64,000 nt of DNA, from positions 21,998,767 to 22,062,766 of the forward strand of contig OZ037766.1 of assembly GCA_964035545.1 (NCBI GenBank), read 5' to 3'. This DNA comes from Bugula neritina (Eukaryota > Animalia > Bryozoa). The notes beneath the pieces are model-generated. The model worked only from the letters and a program-made list of their open reading frames with translations. It made no database searches and was not told the origin of the DNA. This document shows positions 20,912 to 43,900 of the stretch, piece by piece. The translations under genes and the position numbers were made by a program. Each line of letters begins with the position of its first letter. Positions within the stretch are counted from its first letter, which is position 1.

Positions 20912-23611
20912 TCATGATGGTAAAGATATTTTATCAGGTTTAATAAAGGTAAGTTTAGAATTAGGATCATTAAGAACATGTGCGGAATAGTAGGTAGAGA
21001 GGTATGCGGATTCGGTCATGTCTTTGTTACTAATTAGGAAGTCTTCAAATGTGTGACCCACCGGCAAAAGGCTTATAGCCTTTGATATGACGTGAATATA
21101 AAACATAGTCACTGTTTCACTATATCCGTATGTTATCTTCTGTTTATTTTTCTCATTGAACTTTTGAATACCAGTCTTTATTAGCGGAGTTGCCCTATCC
21201 TTGCCATGCTTTGTTATGTAATTCCATGCCATACGCAGATGGGCTTCATGTGTCCAATCAGCAAAGGGTACACTTGCATTTTCAAAGGCTTGCATAAATA
21301 TTTCATCTCCAATACTTCTAAAAGATCTATTAGACAAAATATTACTTTAAACTTAATGCTTCTGCCATTGAAGGTTTAACTGTAAAGCCTAATTTAGTAG
21401 TGGACAATAGTGATGATTGAGTATAGAAGAAAAGCTAAATACTGACACTTTATCAACACATTTAAATTAGGTAAAATTGCTATAGATTGTAGTAAGCATC
21501 CACACTAACAATGTAACCATTGAAAACATGAATAACTTAGGTACAAAAATAGATAAAAATCAAAAGACAAAAATGCTAAAACTGAAAATACACCACAAAA
21601 TAATTTTATGTAAATAACCTAAATCCCAGACGATATTCCTTCTCTTGAACCTTTAGAGAACTTACTAAACACAGTCAAGAGCATGTAAAATTGTTTTCAA
21701 ATTGTCCACCTTCATGCTAATGACTAAACATGGAAAACATATTATTGTTGAACTCAAATAATGCAACTTATGCTAAAGTCAAGTGGCTACATGTTAGAGA
21801 AAAGATTACTGGAGGGGAGAGAGGGAGAGAGAGATTACCTTTGATAGTATAGCATAGGGTTAATAGTAGCATCAGTAGCAACATCTGCTTCTATTATAGT
21901 ACCATGCCAAACCTTATGATCTCCAACTGTGTCAACACTGCTGACGCGGCACTGAAGTTTACCGGCAGCACCCTCTAACACTGGCAGACCTATAATCCCA
22001 CAAAGCTACTAACACAATAACAAGTTACACCTAATACTGTATGACTTATGACAAATGAGCTAATAACGTACAGATGATGAAGTAAAATCGAATTGTAAAT
22101 TGAAATAGTTTACTGTGAAAAACTAGTACATTTTTATATGCACAAATAACACAGCAAATGCTTTAAGAATAACCATTGGCAAAAGGTTTTTTATGACACA
22201 TTAAAAATAACCAAAATTTGAGAAGTGTTTTGCTACTGTATGGTCTGAGTGTTTCTTAGTTAAACAAATTTCAGATGAACTCAATCTATCTATCATACTC
22301 GTTGATTTTCCTATATTATAGAAATATGCTTTTACAGCGTGCTAAGCTCTATATTGATTAAAATCAATAACATTCAGACTATCTAATAATGCAAAAAACT
22401 TTTATGTAACAAAAAATATTTAATGCATTTAAAATAAATAGAGAATTTCATAAAACAAACCTTCATACCCAGAAGTGTATTTAATCTCACTGAATTGATC
22501 TTCGGAGAGGCTAGAAGAGAGAGCCTTGGCAAAGTGCATGCCCTCTTTCAACTGCTTATCTGACAATAAGTTGACAGCAAAGAGCTGACTTTTCTCTATG
22601 ACTTTATTGATAATATTCTGACTATAGATAGAAATAAGAACTGTAGGTGGTTCCAGAGTGAGGCTAGTGAAACTGCTGCATGTTACACCCTTTCTTACAG
22701 TGCCAAGTGCTGGGTCTGTCTATAAATATATGAGAATATTCAGAAGATTAAATATTACTGGGGCAGATTCCAAATACTACTTAAATAATGACGAACTCTG
22801 CAGAAACACTCTTCTAAATACATTTTTATTGGGAGTTACTCAAAAAGTGAAAAATATCAGGTAACTTTTTTTCGGAACACCAATACTAGAACAGGATTTG
22901 GTGAAACTGCATTTCGTACACACAACAGCTGTACAAGTCAATCATATGGCTTAAATTTTAAAGATTAATGTAATTTTCGAAGCAATGATTAACCCCCTAT
23001 TCACACTTACCGTATCGTACGCCGTAACAGCAAATATCAACCATTTTTACAAATGTCTGAGCTTCCTGTACGGCGTTGCGGTACGGTAGGATCAAACACT
23101 GCTTGATTCAAATAAGTTACGGCGGACTCCTATTGGACAGAAAAACTTTTGCGTTAACTCATTGGATATAATTGTCCAATGAAGTGTCATAGATCGTACC
23201 TAATAGCGGACTTTGAAAACTTCAGCCCGGACACATTAAAAATGGCTGATATTTTACGTTACGACGCACGTTACGGTAAGTGTGAATGAGGGGTAATTTA
23301 GTTTGACTAGCTGTATTGATGAAACCAACCATATAGCTGGTCAGTTATAAAACAGAAGGTATGCACATAGGAAATGACATAACTCATAGAATGTGGGTAT
23401 TGCAACAATAATTAGTAAGTCATTTAAGAATAGCTGACCTTGCAAATAAATAGTTCCTTACCATTGATGAAGTAACTACAACAACTGGTTGTGGGAGAAC
23501 TCTCATCACCTCCTTTAAACCACTTATTCTTCTGTAGGTCACAGTCAAGTCCTTATAAGTCACACATAATCTCATTAACGGCGATCTCAGCATCAGTCTC
23601 ATCTGAAACAT
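20912..23611 (-). CDS. Flavin reductase-like (HpaC/DIM6-NTAB family) domain fused to an uncharacterised helical domain; probable mitochondrial presequence
   Basis: Phase-compatible exons 23611-23462, 22719-22461, 21989-21839, 21326-20912. Motifs VMRVLPQPVVVVT, GVTCSSFTSLTLEPPTV, FAVNLL, GLPVLEG, GDH, PMLYYQRSFR, then DEIFMQAFE...WTHEAHLRMAW...GYSETVT. Confidence 0.85.
22993..23293. mobile_element. PIF/Harbinger (Tourist-like) MITE in intron 1 of the flavin reductase gene
   Basis: Imperfect TIRs of about 55 bp (cccctattcacacttaccgta / tacggtaagtgtgaatgagggg), TAA on both sides. Confidence 0.75.
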
Positions 23612-24546
23612 GTATGTCAATCATAACAGCTATATCATGAAGCCACCTTTTTAATGATATTATTAAAAGATATGTTTCATAACAAAACATAGATGAGATA
23701 AATTATATAAAAACAGAACTATGTGCAACTAAAGCTGCATTGTCAGCAATGCCCATTTTATATAAATTAAACTACCACTGCTACCACTACTACCTATGTC
23801 TAGTACAGTACAATAGACTAATATTAATAATTATGCTAATCATTCATTAATCACAATACCTACTAATAATAATACCAATAATACTACTAATGCTAACACT
23901 AATAGTAATAATAGTTCTAGTAATATCTATACTGCAAATCTTGTAATATCAAGTCTAATACTAATAGCCATAGTGATAATCATAATGATAGTGATACTAC
24001 TCAGAGTCAGTACCTGTACTCACTCTACCTCTAACATACTAACTCAAAAGTGAAAGTCCAATACTAATAGTAATACCAATAATAGTTCAGTAACTGCCAA
24101 CTCCCACTGGAATTGACATAGATCATTAGTAATAGTTATAACAGTTAGTGTTACACTTGGCCTTACTATTAACATATTATAATTAACTTTAAGTATTAGT
24201 ATTACTATTACTATTAGCCATCAAGTGTTTGCCCATTAGCCTTTAAGCTTAGCTTCTATTTCTAAGGGCAGGTGATTGTGCCAAAACTAATACTCAATTA
24301 CTAATAGTTATAGCAATACTAATGAATAGTAATGATCCTTACTAATACTAATAGTAATGGTAATATAATAAATCATAAATGATCATCATCATGATTATAG
24401 TATAATTAATAATAAATAATAATTGTAGGTCATTTTTCTTATGCTAATAACCACAATGACATTCAATTTATTCAATTTCGTGATCCAGTTATTCACAAGG
24501 ACTATGAGACTCAGACAAAATAAGAATGAGAACTGACACAGTTACT

Positions 24547-24627
24547 CAGTTACTGTTAGAGTAACACTAACCAGTAACTTACACTTAGTCTTACAGTTAC
24601 TGGTTAGTGTTACACCAACAGTAACTG
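24547..24627. repeat. Inverted repeat: 33-bp arms, 2 mismatches, 15-nt loop
   Basis: cagttactgttagagtaacactaaccagtaact (24547-24579) vs agttactggttagtgttacaccaacagtaactg (24595-24627). Confidence 0.9.
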
Positions 24628-25692
24628 CTAGCTTAGTTTAAGTTTGTCTTACAGTTACAATTTTCATAGCTAAAAATGCAAAATTATAAGCTACACTGAT
24701 ATACGAAGTTTTTAACAATCACACAGAAAAATAAATATTAAATTGTGAAGACCAATATGAATGTGATAATGAATAACCACATTACTGTTACAATATCATT
24801 TATATTTACTAATTTATAAAATTACACCAAGAATGTTGCTAAAAACAACTCTAAATTGGGGGTGAGTGAGCAAAGAATTGGTGAAAATATTGTTGTGCAG
24901 GCACCCATTGACCACTAATTGAATGCTCCCAGCAACTTTCTCATTTTAAACTAAAGTGGTCTTGACCTAGACATTCATTTGAAACTTCTGCCTTAACCGA
25001 TGGGTACGGTCATTGTGATGAAATAATATTATGTTCAATCGGTACAGCACATGAGAGTTATCTCCTCTCTCATAAGAGTAAGGAGAGTCATGGTAGTTGA
25101 CTATTCTCTGCTTCCTTTCTGAGGATTGTTACTTATTAGTATTTACTATATATTTATAACTTATAGTTTTAAAGTATTTGCAAGAGCATTTACAGTCATT
25201 CTGTAGAAAATATTCTCATGTGCAATTGACACAAAGGCAAGTAATAGCAAGTAAAGAAAAAAATATACGGAATAATTGTACGGAATCAATGTCGTTATAA
25301 AAATTACACCTTATGTGTTTAGTTGACCATATTTTATTTAAGAAAGACAATCAGAAAATAAAATATTTCATATTCTTAAAAGGAAATATTCTTTGTGCTC
25401 TTATTCACCACTCAAAAAGATATAACACTAAGACCTGGAGACAATCACAGACATTGAAGATGAAAAATAAATAATAAACAATAGACACTACTCTAATGTC
25501 TAACTTGTAAGATTGTCAAAGTCGATTAACAAAATAAGATGCCATAACATTGCCTTTAATTATTAAAGTAACCCGTTGTAAAATGAGTGACGTGCAGCTG
25601 TAGTGTCTGAAGGTGAGATTCAGCTGAGCAAAATGCTAGCCAGATTAGCTGAGAAAAAGTAGATTCAAGTAAGTTGAGAGTTGGTTAAAAGA

Positions 25693-33698
<8,006 letters not shown>

Positions 33699-34948
33699 GG
33701 TGATAGTCGTAGCGATTGTGGTGGTCGCTTAGTGATGATTTGAAATCAAAATTGAAAACTAGATAAATTTTAAATGGCCTGATCACCAGTAAAAATACTT
33801 GAAACTAGACGAAACAGTAACTTTGAGCGTGACAAAGCCGTTTCACACTTCAAGTTAGCTAGCATCTAGGCTGGTGTGCACTATTACTACGAGATCCGTG
33901 AAGGCAACTATTTGACTTCAACTGAAAGTAAGAATTTGATAGACAACTTCTTACAATATAAAATCTTATCACTGGTCCATATATGATGTTTTACATGTAT
34001 TGAGGAGTTGCATTTTCTTTAATGCATCTTTAAGGACGCGTTTAGACTTGTACCAGCTTATCTTTTAATTGGTCTAAAAGTTGGTCAGACGGTCGCTTGA
34101 TCAACCCATAAAATCAGCCAATAGAATCAGCTATATATAGGGGCTTGGCTCATGAAGCCAAGCCTCACACCTGATAACTTGTGTGTTATTGTATGTCGCT
34201 AGCTGGTATAGTTTTTGAGAAGAGGAGCGCAGTTGCCTTTAGTGGCATTTGGAACTTTCTTTACTACAAACTTGATAATTTGCTGAAAAATGGGTTGGAA
34301 CAGCTTTTTGCCATTGATGATAATATAGCTATATCAAGTGTTGCTATTTTTAGGTATTGTGCTTACAAGAGGGGAAAATTCCTCTCGTTTAGTCCACAAC
34401 ATTTTGATGTTGAAACTTATTTAAGCAGATTGACTTGAAAAAAATCAATTGGGCATAAAAATCGTAAATTGAGCATTTATTTTTTCATCGTCAGGTTAGC
34501 ACCGCTATCATGCATCATCAAGAAATTAATAAAGGAAAATTGATGTAAGCAGTTTGAAATAACACAGTAGTCTAAAATACACATTTTTTTTAAATGACCA
34601 AAAAATAAAATCAATAAGAAAGCAGCAAGTGATTCAACAAACATAACCAGTAGCCTAAAAAAATTTAAAGCAATAGAATTCTATCATCATAATATATCTG
34701 CTAAGACAAAAAACAAAAATATTCTCAATGTATAGAATATTATATAATTGTAAGGATTGAGCTATAATACAATTCACCATCAAGTTTTTCTTCCCTAGCT
34801 GCTAGTGACATAAAGAAATTACTGCTGGCATAAAATTTGATCATTCCTATCTATACCAAACCAAAACCTATAGAATACATCACAACTTTATAGAATATAG
34901 TGTTGCTAGGCTGACACTAGAGATGGTTGAACTTTGACCTGTATATAG

Positions 34949-37900
34949 CTAGCACATGTCTAGCTCACTGCCTTCCAAGTCAAATACTTTGGTTATCTCA
35001 GCCATGCAGAAGAAACATTTCTTGTTCTGAAGCATCTGATAAGTTATGCATGGCCTAGAAATAAGTTGAATACATGTATAAGATACACAATTGACTTTAT
35101 TATTTGTGTGCAATAGTTGCAAATAGTCAGTCATAAAAGAAGTTGAGGGAGCAGAAAGGACCAGTGGATATAAGCACCAACTAGAATGCCAGCAACGTAT
35201 AGAGCAAAGTCTCTTGCTCATACTACCAGAAGTTCTCATAGATACTATGATTATCAAACGCCCTTGAGTTTTGAGTGAGCTTTAAAAACTAGCTGCGTTG
35301 CATACATGCAGCAATGAATGGTAGTAATGACATACGTCTTGTATTACAATCTACAGGAGTAAAACAATACCCTGAGCTGAACGATTTCAGAAACAAGTGT
35401 GAAATATGCTGTGTAACCTAGAAGTTCAAAAGAACATCTATATATAGTATAGCAGCAAAGAAAATAGCTGTGTGACAGATATATGCACCCGAGTGACCTA
35501 CAAAAATTGTGAAATATGACTTATATTATACAGATTATTGCTTTGAATACCTGCATGACATGTGTTGACAAGGATGGAAAACAACACTTTGCTCCTTAGC
35601 ATAGCATATAGTACATAGCTTTTCTTCATCACCAGCCTGTAAACCATATTATAATAAACTGTTACAGACAATAAATAAATAATAACCAAAGGTATAAGGA
35701 ATACATGCTGAATAGTTAGCTAACTAAAATAAAATAGCTATATAACAGACAGATTGATAGAATTGCAACAAAAGCCTTAAGAAGTGATAGATTCATAAAT
35801 TCGTAGATAGATTAACTAAGAAATTATATTGTGATTTAGTGCAAGCAAAGATCCAGAAGTTACAGGCGGAAAAACATATTTAGCAAAAGTTTAACTATAA
35901 CCTGAACATGAACAAGCAACGGCTGTATTCCACAAATTATTTAAAAAGATTAGATGTTATATCATAGCACTGACATCAGTTTTGCTGTCAAGTCTGCCTC
36001 GCCTCTCGCTAACGTAGACAATGAGATCTTCAGCGCTTTTCATTTCAGAATCATTGATCTCTTTATCTACAATATACATATCTGAATAAATACTTGCATT
36101 TAGTCGAAATTTGAAACAAACATGCACAGAGCAGAGGTTTAAAGACTCGAACACACAGCAAAATGAAAGCGAGCAAATTCTGAGCAGTTTGGTTTGATGT
36201 ATGAAATAAATCACTGGCCAACTAATGTAAATATTACAACGTTTTATGCACATGAACTTATTTAAATTAAACCAAATGCAATGCCGTTGAAATGAGAAAC
36301 TCTCTCTTGCACAAACTGCCAACTAAACTACACATAAAGTTCACTTTAAAGCTGCACAAGACATAAACAAGATCTAAATTCTAAGTTCCAACCCAACACT
36401 GCCACATGATGTTGTGTCAATTTCATTTGCTACAAATATGTCCAATCTGACAACTAATTTAAAAAATATAAATCACTTACAATTCTTAAGTACAAAGTTT
36501 TTTCTATCTAAGGGTGAGGGTGATGATGCCCCCGCCCTGTCTCCACCCGAGTTGACAACATGATCTAGCAATTCAAACTGAAAGCCAGCTTCCTTGGTCA
36601 GTGTAGTTAAACTTCTTTCTCTTATGGCGGCGTCTACTGGCTTACATATCAGCCCGATCAATATACCCAATATAGCTGTTACAATAGGGAAATGGTCCAC
36701 TGTTTCCATACCTAAACATAAACATGCAGTGCAGAACCCAGTCACTGTTGACGGCCAAAATCCCAATGCTTACTATGTATTACATAAAGACAAATTTAAC
36801 ACATGATACTTATTAATTTTTTCTCACCATTCTAACCTATCTCCGCTTTGTCCAGTTCGGGTAGCGGGACATGATACTTATTAATTAATATTCTTAAAAT
36901 CGACATATCAATAACAAAATAGCATGTACATATTGTATTAAAAGCCAGGCATCAGCATAATATAGTGACTTAAGAAGTTATCCCAACTTACCTGGAAGGT
37001 TCAATGAGAGAATAGTTTCAAACACATTAGACTTGCTGGCTACTCTATTTAAAATCAGGCAGACAGACTACAAATATGAACAATGCACTGATGTAGAAAA
37101 ACAAAAATTTAATTTAATCGAATATTTTACAGCATGAGAAACACAAGTTTCCAGAAACACAAATAATATCGTGTACAAGTAGATGCAAATGTTAAATTAA
37201 GGTAAAACACAGCCATAGTCTGCTAATTAAACAGCCCAATACAAAATATTGTACAAAAAAATTATAAGCAGTACTGTAAACATATTTTTGAACCATTTTG
37301 TGAGCGTTAATGTCTTTTCAGAGTAAAATTGGTTACCAAAACTCTTAATCAGTCCTACTTTACACTAAACATGCCATAGGTTTTTGGTTAGCAATTTTTG
37401 ACATGTCGGCTATGCAAAAAAAATGAAAAATTAAGTAACTAATATCTAGTATAAGCAGTGAACTCTTGTATCACATTGAATTGTGTGAAAGACAAAAGCT
37501 TACCTGGTAGAGACGTGAAAGAAGAAGTTCCGATGAGGAATGAGACTCTTGAAGAAAGACATCTGGTGCCACGACACACACCATCTCCAACACTCTTAGC
37601 AGACCAACACTGATATCAAAGCATGTGGCGCATATCTTCAATTGCCTCATCTCCACGAAACTCCTCTCTGTACGAACTGATAGTTGTTGTAGCTACAAGA
37701 AGAGCAAGTATTAGTATGTGAGATTGAACCTCCACTGCATTTACTTAGCTAACGATGTCAAGTGAGCAACTATTTGCTACATCAGGAGATCAACCCAGAC
37801 GGCAGGCACAAAGTGAGCTAACTAAGAACTTAGACTACATTACCTAGGGCTACCTAATTGAATACAATAAAGCATGTGCTTTAATCTATGTTTTTGACAA

Positions 37901-40900
37901 GTTGTTACAGTTAAGACAAGTTAAATGGTTAAACTAATAGAGATGTAGAAATAATTATCTAGATGTAAAATGTACATATTTATGTATGTATAATGTGCTA
38001 AGAACAATTTTTCACTTTGTGAAAAAACTAAAAATAACAAAACTCCCCCTGGACTAAATACTTATTTGGAAGATGACACCACTCAAAACTTTAAAAAAAA
38101 TCTACCAATATGCTTGGGTCAAATAGACAATTAATCATACGTAAAATGCAATATTCTGCCTGGTGATAAGCACAGCAGTTCATGTCACAGAAGCATACCT
38201 CCTGAATCATGCTGACAAACTCCGAGAAAGCCCAGTTGAGTTGATTGAGCACACTGTTGAGGAACTGCGTGGCCAACTTGTTATCAGAAGTCAAAACAGC
38301 ACCAATATTATCTTGGAATACTTTGGACGGACACGGTTCTACACAAACAATTATACAATCTAATGCACCTTGGAAAATTATATGACAGAATACACCAGTA
38401 TTTATAAACTATAAAGCTAATACAACAATTTAATGAGAAATTAAAAAAAATGTTAAAAAATGTATTTGGTTGAAAAGCCCAAAGCTACAAAATTATGGAA
38501 AGTGGCTTCAAAGAGCAATGTTTTTCAATGTTGCATATAACTAATAAAACATATATACAACAAAATTTTATAATGCACTTAATATTTGTAAGAATTACTA
38601 CAGTGTGTATAAAAAACTAAAATTAACAAAACTAGCAGCCATTAGATGTAGATTTTTGTCATGCCTCAACTACACTAGTAACTAAACTCATCAGAAAAGC
38701 AGATAAAAACTTTAAAAAGGATACAAAGTGATTAGCTAAGACTTACTTTGAAGGCTGGCAGCTCCAATCTCCTGTGTTTGGTGTTTGGCTGGAGCTAAAT
38801 GAGGGAGGTGGACAAATCGGAAAGCAAATCCATCTCCCTGAAGTAAAGCATAAGCCAATGTTAGTATTACTCACAACACAAACTATACAACTGTTAAATC
38901 CTACCACTGTCACTAATTGTAACTACTACTAGTACCACCACTACTACTGCTGCCTTTACAATTACTAGTGTTACTAATGTGGCCATCACCAATACTACCA
39001 TTACTATAAATTGCTATAGCATTATTCGTACCTTCCAGAGTCTAGCAAGAATCCAGTTAGTCTGAGCCCAGGGTCTGTTCTCATAAGGGGCCAGGAGTGA
39101 TCGTACCATCCCTTCTCTCCTACATTCACAGGAAATATGCAATAACCATTAGAAACTACACTGAATCAAATATGTGCCTGTCAATTTAAATTCAACCAGG
39201 AGACAAAGTTCAAATAACACTCCGTAAATAATTACTATAGGAAAAAGAAGTAAAGCAAACCAACTAAAAATTTGGGTCAAAAATTGTGAAATAATCAAAT
39301 ACAGCACAGATGAGTATCAACATATAAACTATTTAGCATACACTATCAATTATTTGACCACAAACTAAAAAACTACCTAAAAACAAGCAATTACAATAAA
39401 ATCTGAGTAAGGATGATAACTATGAACATAAAATCCCCCAGACAGTAAATATATTCAAGTGCCTTAAACCTTTTGGCAATCACTAAAAATTGTTGCAGAA
39501 AGAGCGTGTACACAACATGCATATATAACTTACAATCTGGGGCAGAGGCCTTCAATTACTTTCAGAGATGAGTCATAACATACAAAACAGGCCAATGATT
39601 GAACCACTGAATCTTTAGCATCTACAAACATATTATACATATTTTATTATATTTTATACTAAAAATAATTATATAGCACTATGATATATCATATTTCAAA
39701 CTGCGAAATTACTGAAGCATAGAGAATAAAATTAATGAATGGACTGTAGTAGCTTGCCAACTGATTACTTTCACAATAGCAAACATATTGGTAGAATGTA
39801 AAAGTATCCCTAATACTAATCTGATGAGTAAATAGTGGAGTCACTAGTAAATGAGGCCGAATCACCTAGCAGTAAAATGATATGCCATGAAGGAAAGATG
39901 TGAGTGCATGTAAATTAAATGAAACAAACATAAAAAATTGCATCTCACATAAAAGTTATTAAATGGAAAAAAGGCTTTAGTCAAATTAAGAAAATAAGTT
40001 AGTATAAAAATAGAATGGTTTACCTATATTAATGATTCTGGAATCAGCGAAATGCTTTGCTATAAATATGCCATAGCGGTGCAACAGGGAGTCATAATCT
40101 GCAGGCAATTAGATACATACAATACATGTACACAAACAGCATAATATGCACTATTTCAATCTCATATATCTATTTAATAAGGTAATATTGGTATCAGGTA
40201 TATATGTAATAAATTACATATGATATATTGCAACAGAAACAAATTGCTGGTTGTCGAAATGCATCTGCTTATACGGATGGGAAAATAAAATTACAGTGAC
40301 AATCATTTATTATAACAAAATTATATAGAGAACCCAGCTACATCAAGAATCTGTTGCAAGAGTTCAGAGTAAGACTGTACTCACTGGGTAGCGAAGTGAA
40401 AGGGACTGGGGAAGGTTTGAAGAAGTTCTTCAGAGCCATATAGCCATCAACACACACAGTGATATAGAATTCAGGCATGAACTCAAAGAAGACACCACTG
40501 CCTTCAGCAATCTCTACAGTGCGAAGAACCGAGTCAAACAGCCATGCGACATCTTCCAGCTTCTCGGGAGAGTTGATGACTGCTATGAGCCAAGAGAGGT
40601 GCCTCGACTGTTCAACTACCTTCTCTTCAAACACTTGTCTGGACCGCTCCAGTTCCAAGTGAACATCCACATTCTAATCAACAGCCATTTAGATGTGTAA
40701 ATATATAGACACAGTAATATCAACACACGAGCACACCAACACTTTTACAACTTATACATTTTCTAGTAAAAAATATTTGATGAAAATTCTCATGAGCTTT
40801 TGATTCAAATAACCATAATTAGACATTTCAACTCTAATGATATTTTTCGTTTAAGTGAAAAAAAATTTCATTTTAACAAAACGCTCTTAGGTATAAATTA

Positions 40901-43900
40901 CATAACTAAACACATACATACATGTATGTGCAGAGGTGCACAAATATATTGACAAAATAAAATAAAATATAAATAAAAAATGCATCAGACACACAGATTA
41001 CTGTACATGGACATATCTGCATGTAGAGACAGACAGACAAACAGATAGACAGATGGGATAGAATATTGTAAAAACGTACATCAGGCGGGCAGCGGTTGAG
41101 TTTATCCATAGCATCATCTAGAGCAGTTATGTAACAGTCCACTGTTTCAGAGAGCACGCTGGACATCTTCTGCAGCTGCTTGTGAGCTCCGTATGAGTAA
41201 AGCAAAATGGCGCCATCCAGTAGCTCTATCAGTGACTTATCGGCAGCCAAATTGCAATACTCTACAACACAAACAATTCAACAGCAAATGAGTCAATATG
41301 ATTATTAGTAGTATAATTAGTTATCTCGAGTTACAACATTTTTGTAATAAGGGTCATTTTACTTAATTTAGTACACACTGGAAATCTCCAGTTTTTAGTT
41401 GTTTTTACAATTTAGCTGCTAATGAACAATCGAAATTAGCTGAATAAATAGAAAAAAACATGAGAAATCAAGCAAACTTAAAAAGAACCTTGATTATTTA
41501 GGTGTATTTATTAATATTTTATTAGTTTTGGACAAAATTTAGCAATTAAATTGTGAAAAATAGCTAAAAACTGGAAATTTCCAGTGTGTACTAAATTAAG
41601 TAAAATGGCCCATAAAACTCTTGCGATTTGAAACAAGTAATAGAATTTTAAATATAGTAATACAACTCCAGTAACATAACTATAGTAATATTATAATGTC
41701 TGTAATACCACTTCAGTAAAGTAACTATACTAGTATAACTAGAGTAATTTACATATAGTATCAATTTTAACCATTTTGTAACAAATATTTAATCATGGAT
41801 GGCATAAAGTGAATACGTACTGGTAGAGAAAGACATAGAAGAAAGTTGACCAGTTGATGGAAGTAGAATACCAGATTCCTTAATCGCCTTCCCATGAATT
41901 TTGTTGAGATGAGACTTCAACCCTCCCACCCTCTGTAGATCAAAATAGTCTAGACTCTCGTTAACAAACCTATCCACTGGAACGTAAACTACAACAGAAG
42001 TTGTAAAAAGCTACCATATAGTAACCATTAAATACTTGGTGAACACATCTAATTACATAAACTGAACTTTCTTACCGCTATACAACAAGCAGCATAAGCT
42101 AAATTATTTTTCCGCTGGTATGGAAATGTATTAGTTCAATGAGTTTCTGAGTCAATGCCCCTCTGGAAGATATCGAACCATTCAATATAGGGGAGCATGG
42201 GGCAGAGATAGATGTTTACGACACCTTATAAATACTTTAAATGATATTTTATTTTAAATTATCCTAAAGAGTTCTGACATTTTTCCCACTTTTGTTCATG
42301 TCTACTTATCAAGGCCAGTATTTACATTTAACTTCGCAACATGTTTTTATGTCTGTGATATGTGATAAATCAATCAATCCGTATGACTGGTAAAAAGACA
42401 GCACTAGGCTGACTAGTAGCAACGCATGGCTGTAGCTAAAGTTGAACAAAAACCAACTAAACTGACTTTGATTTAGAAGTTGAACCACTTACAACATTAC
42501 AACAGTCATGGCCACATTAAAATGAAATGAGACAGATCTAAAAGATGAAACACATACCGTCTTCTGTAGCAACATGTTTCTCTTTGAACATGTCTCTGAG
42601 GGTACTGACGAATCGGTGGAATAAAGCCAATAAAACAGGAAGAGAGCATTGCTGTGCCGTCACAACGTCATTGTCATTCACATTTCCTTTTATCAACTCG
42701 CGGAACTTGTGTAGAAATAAAAACCTGGTTGTTGGACCTTTGCTAATGTCATCATTACGTAACAGCTCCTTTAGTATACACACCTACAGCAGTGGCTAGT
42801 AAGCTAAATACACGACAAATATTATTGAACGAAATAATGGTAAATTTTATCAACATAAATCAATGTTTTGACAATTATGATGTAGAAGCTTGAAAAACAG
42901 CTCGGATATAAAAAATACCATGCGGGACAGGAAACACCCATCTTACAGGAAACTGATGTTACCATGCCACAACAGGTCTGTAAGCTCTGCAAGAATCAGG
43001 ATCGAAATTTGCTGTGATGCTATGTCAATGAGTTGTAGGGAAATGGTGCGCCAAAAGCTATTTTTACTGTGATGCATGCTACTCTATTCAATGAACAGTT
43101 GACTTTATTCTTTCAAGATTGAGAACACTAGTCTATAATTACTAACAACCAACTCAACTACTCACCAATAACAATCTACATTACCTATGTTGTCTATAGG
43201 TGGGTTGCCATAAACTACCTGTATATCTTCAAGTTGGTGCACATGTCTTCGTAGCTGATCACATGACTCATTGTAAGCTTTCTTGTTGTGCTCATCCTGC
43301 TGCTTGTCAAACACATGTTCACTCTTCCACCAGACCACTGGCACTATATGCTGCAGGATGACATCATCGGGTGGCTTGATGTATATGAACAGTGGAAATT
43401 TCATCTTATCAAATCTAACAGCTTGAGTTAAACAAAGCAACCGTATTTCAAGAAACCAGTAGTTGCTATATAATTATCATATAAACTGAAAAGTTTTGCC
43501 TTTAAGGGGCCAACTTAATGAACACATGGCTTATAAGTTGATAATTTAGTCTTTTGACACTAGAGATTTTATGAAATATTGACCCTGTCTAAAACCTCAA
43601 CGCATGCATACAGTTTTCCTTCTATGTAGACAGTTGCATAATAAAACTACTGCTGTGTAAACATACAATATTTAAAAGAATGCAGAAATATTGCAAGATT
43701 TGATATGATGGGAAGTTACAGATATAGCTGGGCTCACAACAACTGGTGAGATTATTTACATGATAATATATTGCAATTTTTTAATATGGAATAGTGACAA
43801 TAAAATTTTGATAAGGATAAAAGGATACAGTATCCATTTGACAGCATATTTCCTGGTAGATTCATGTCTAAAAAGCTGCCAGAGAATGTAGAGGTAAGAA

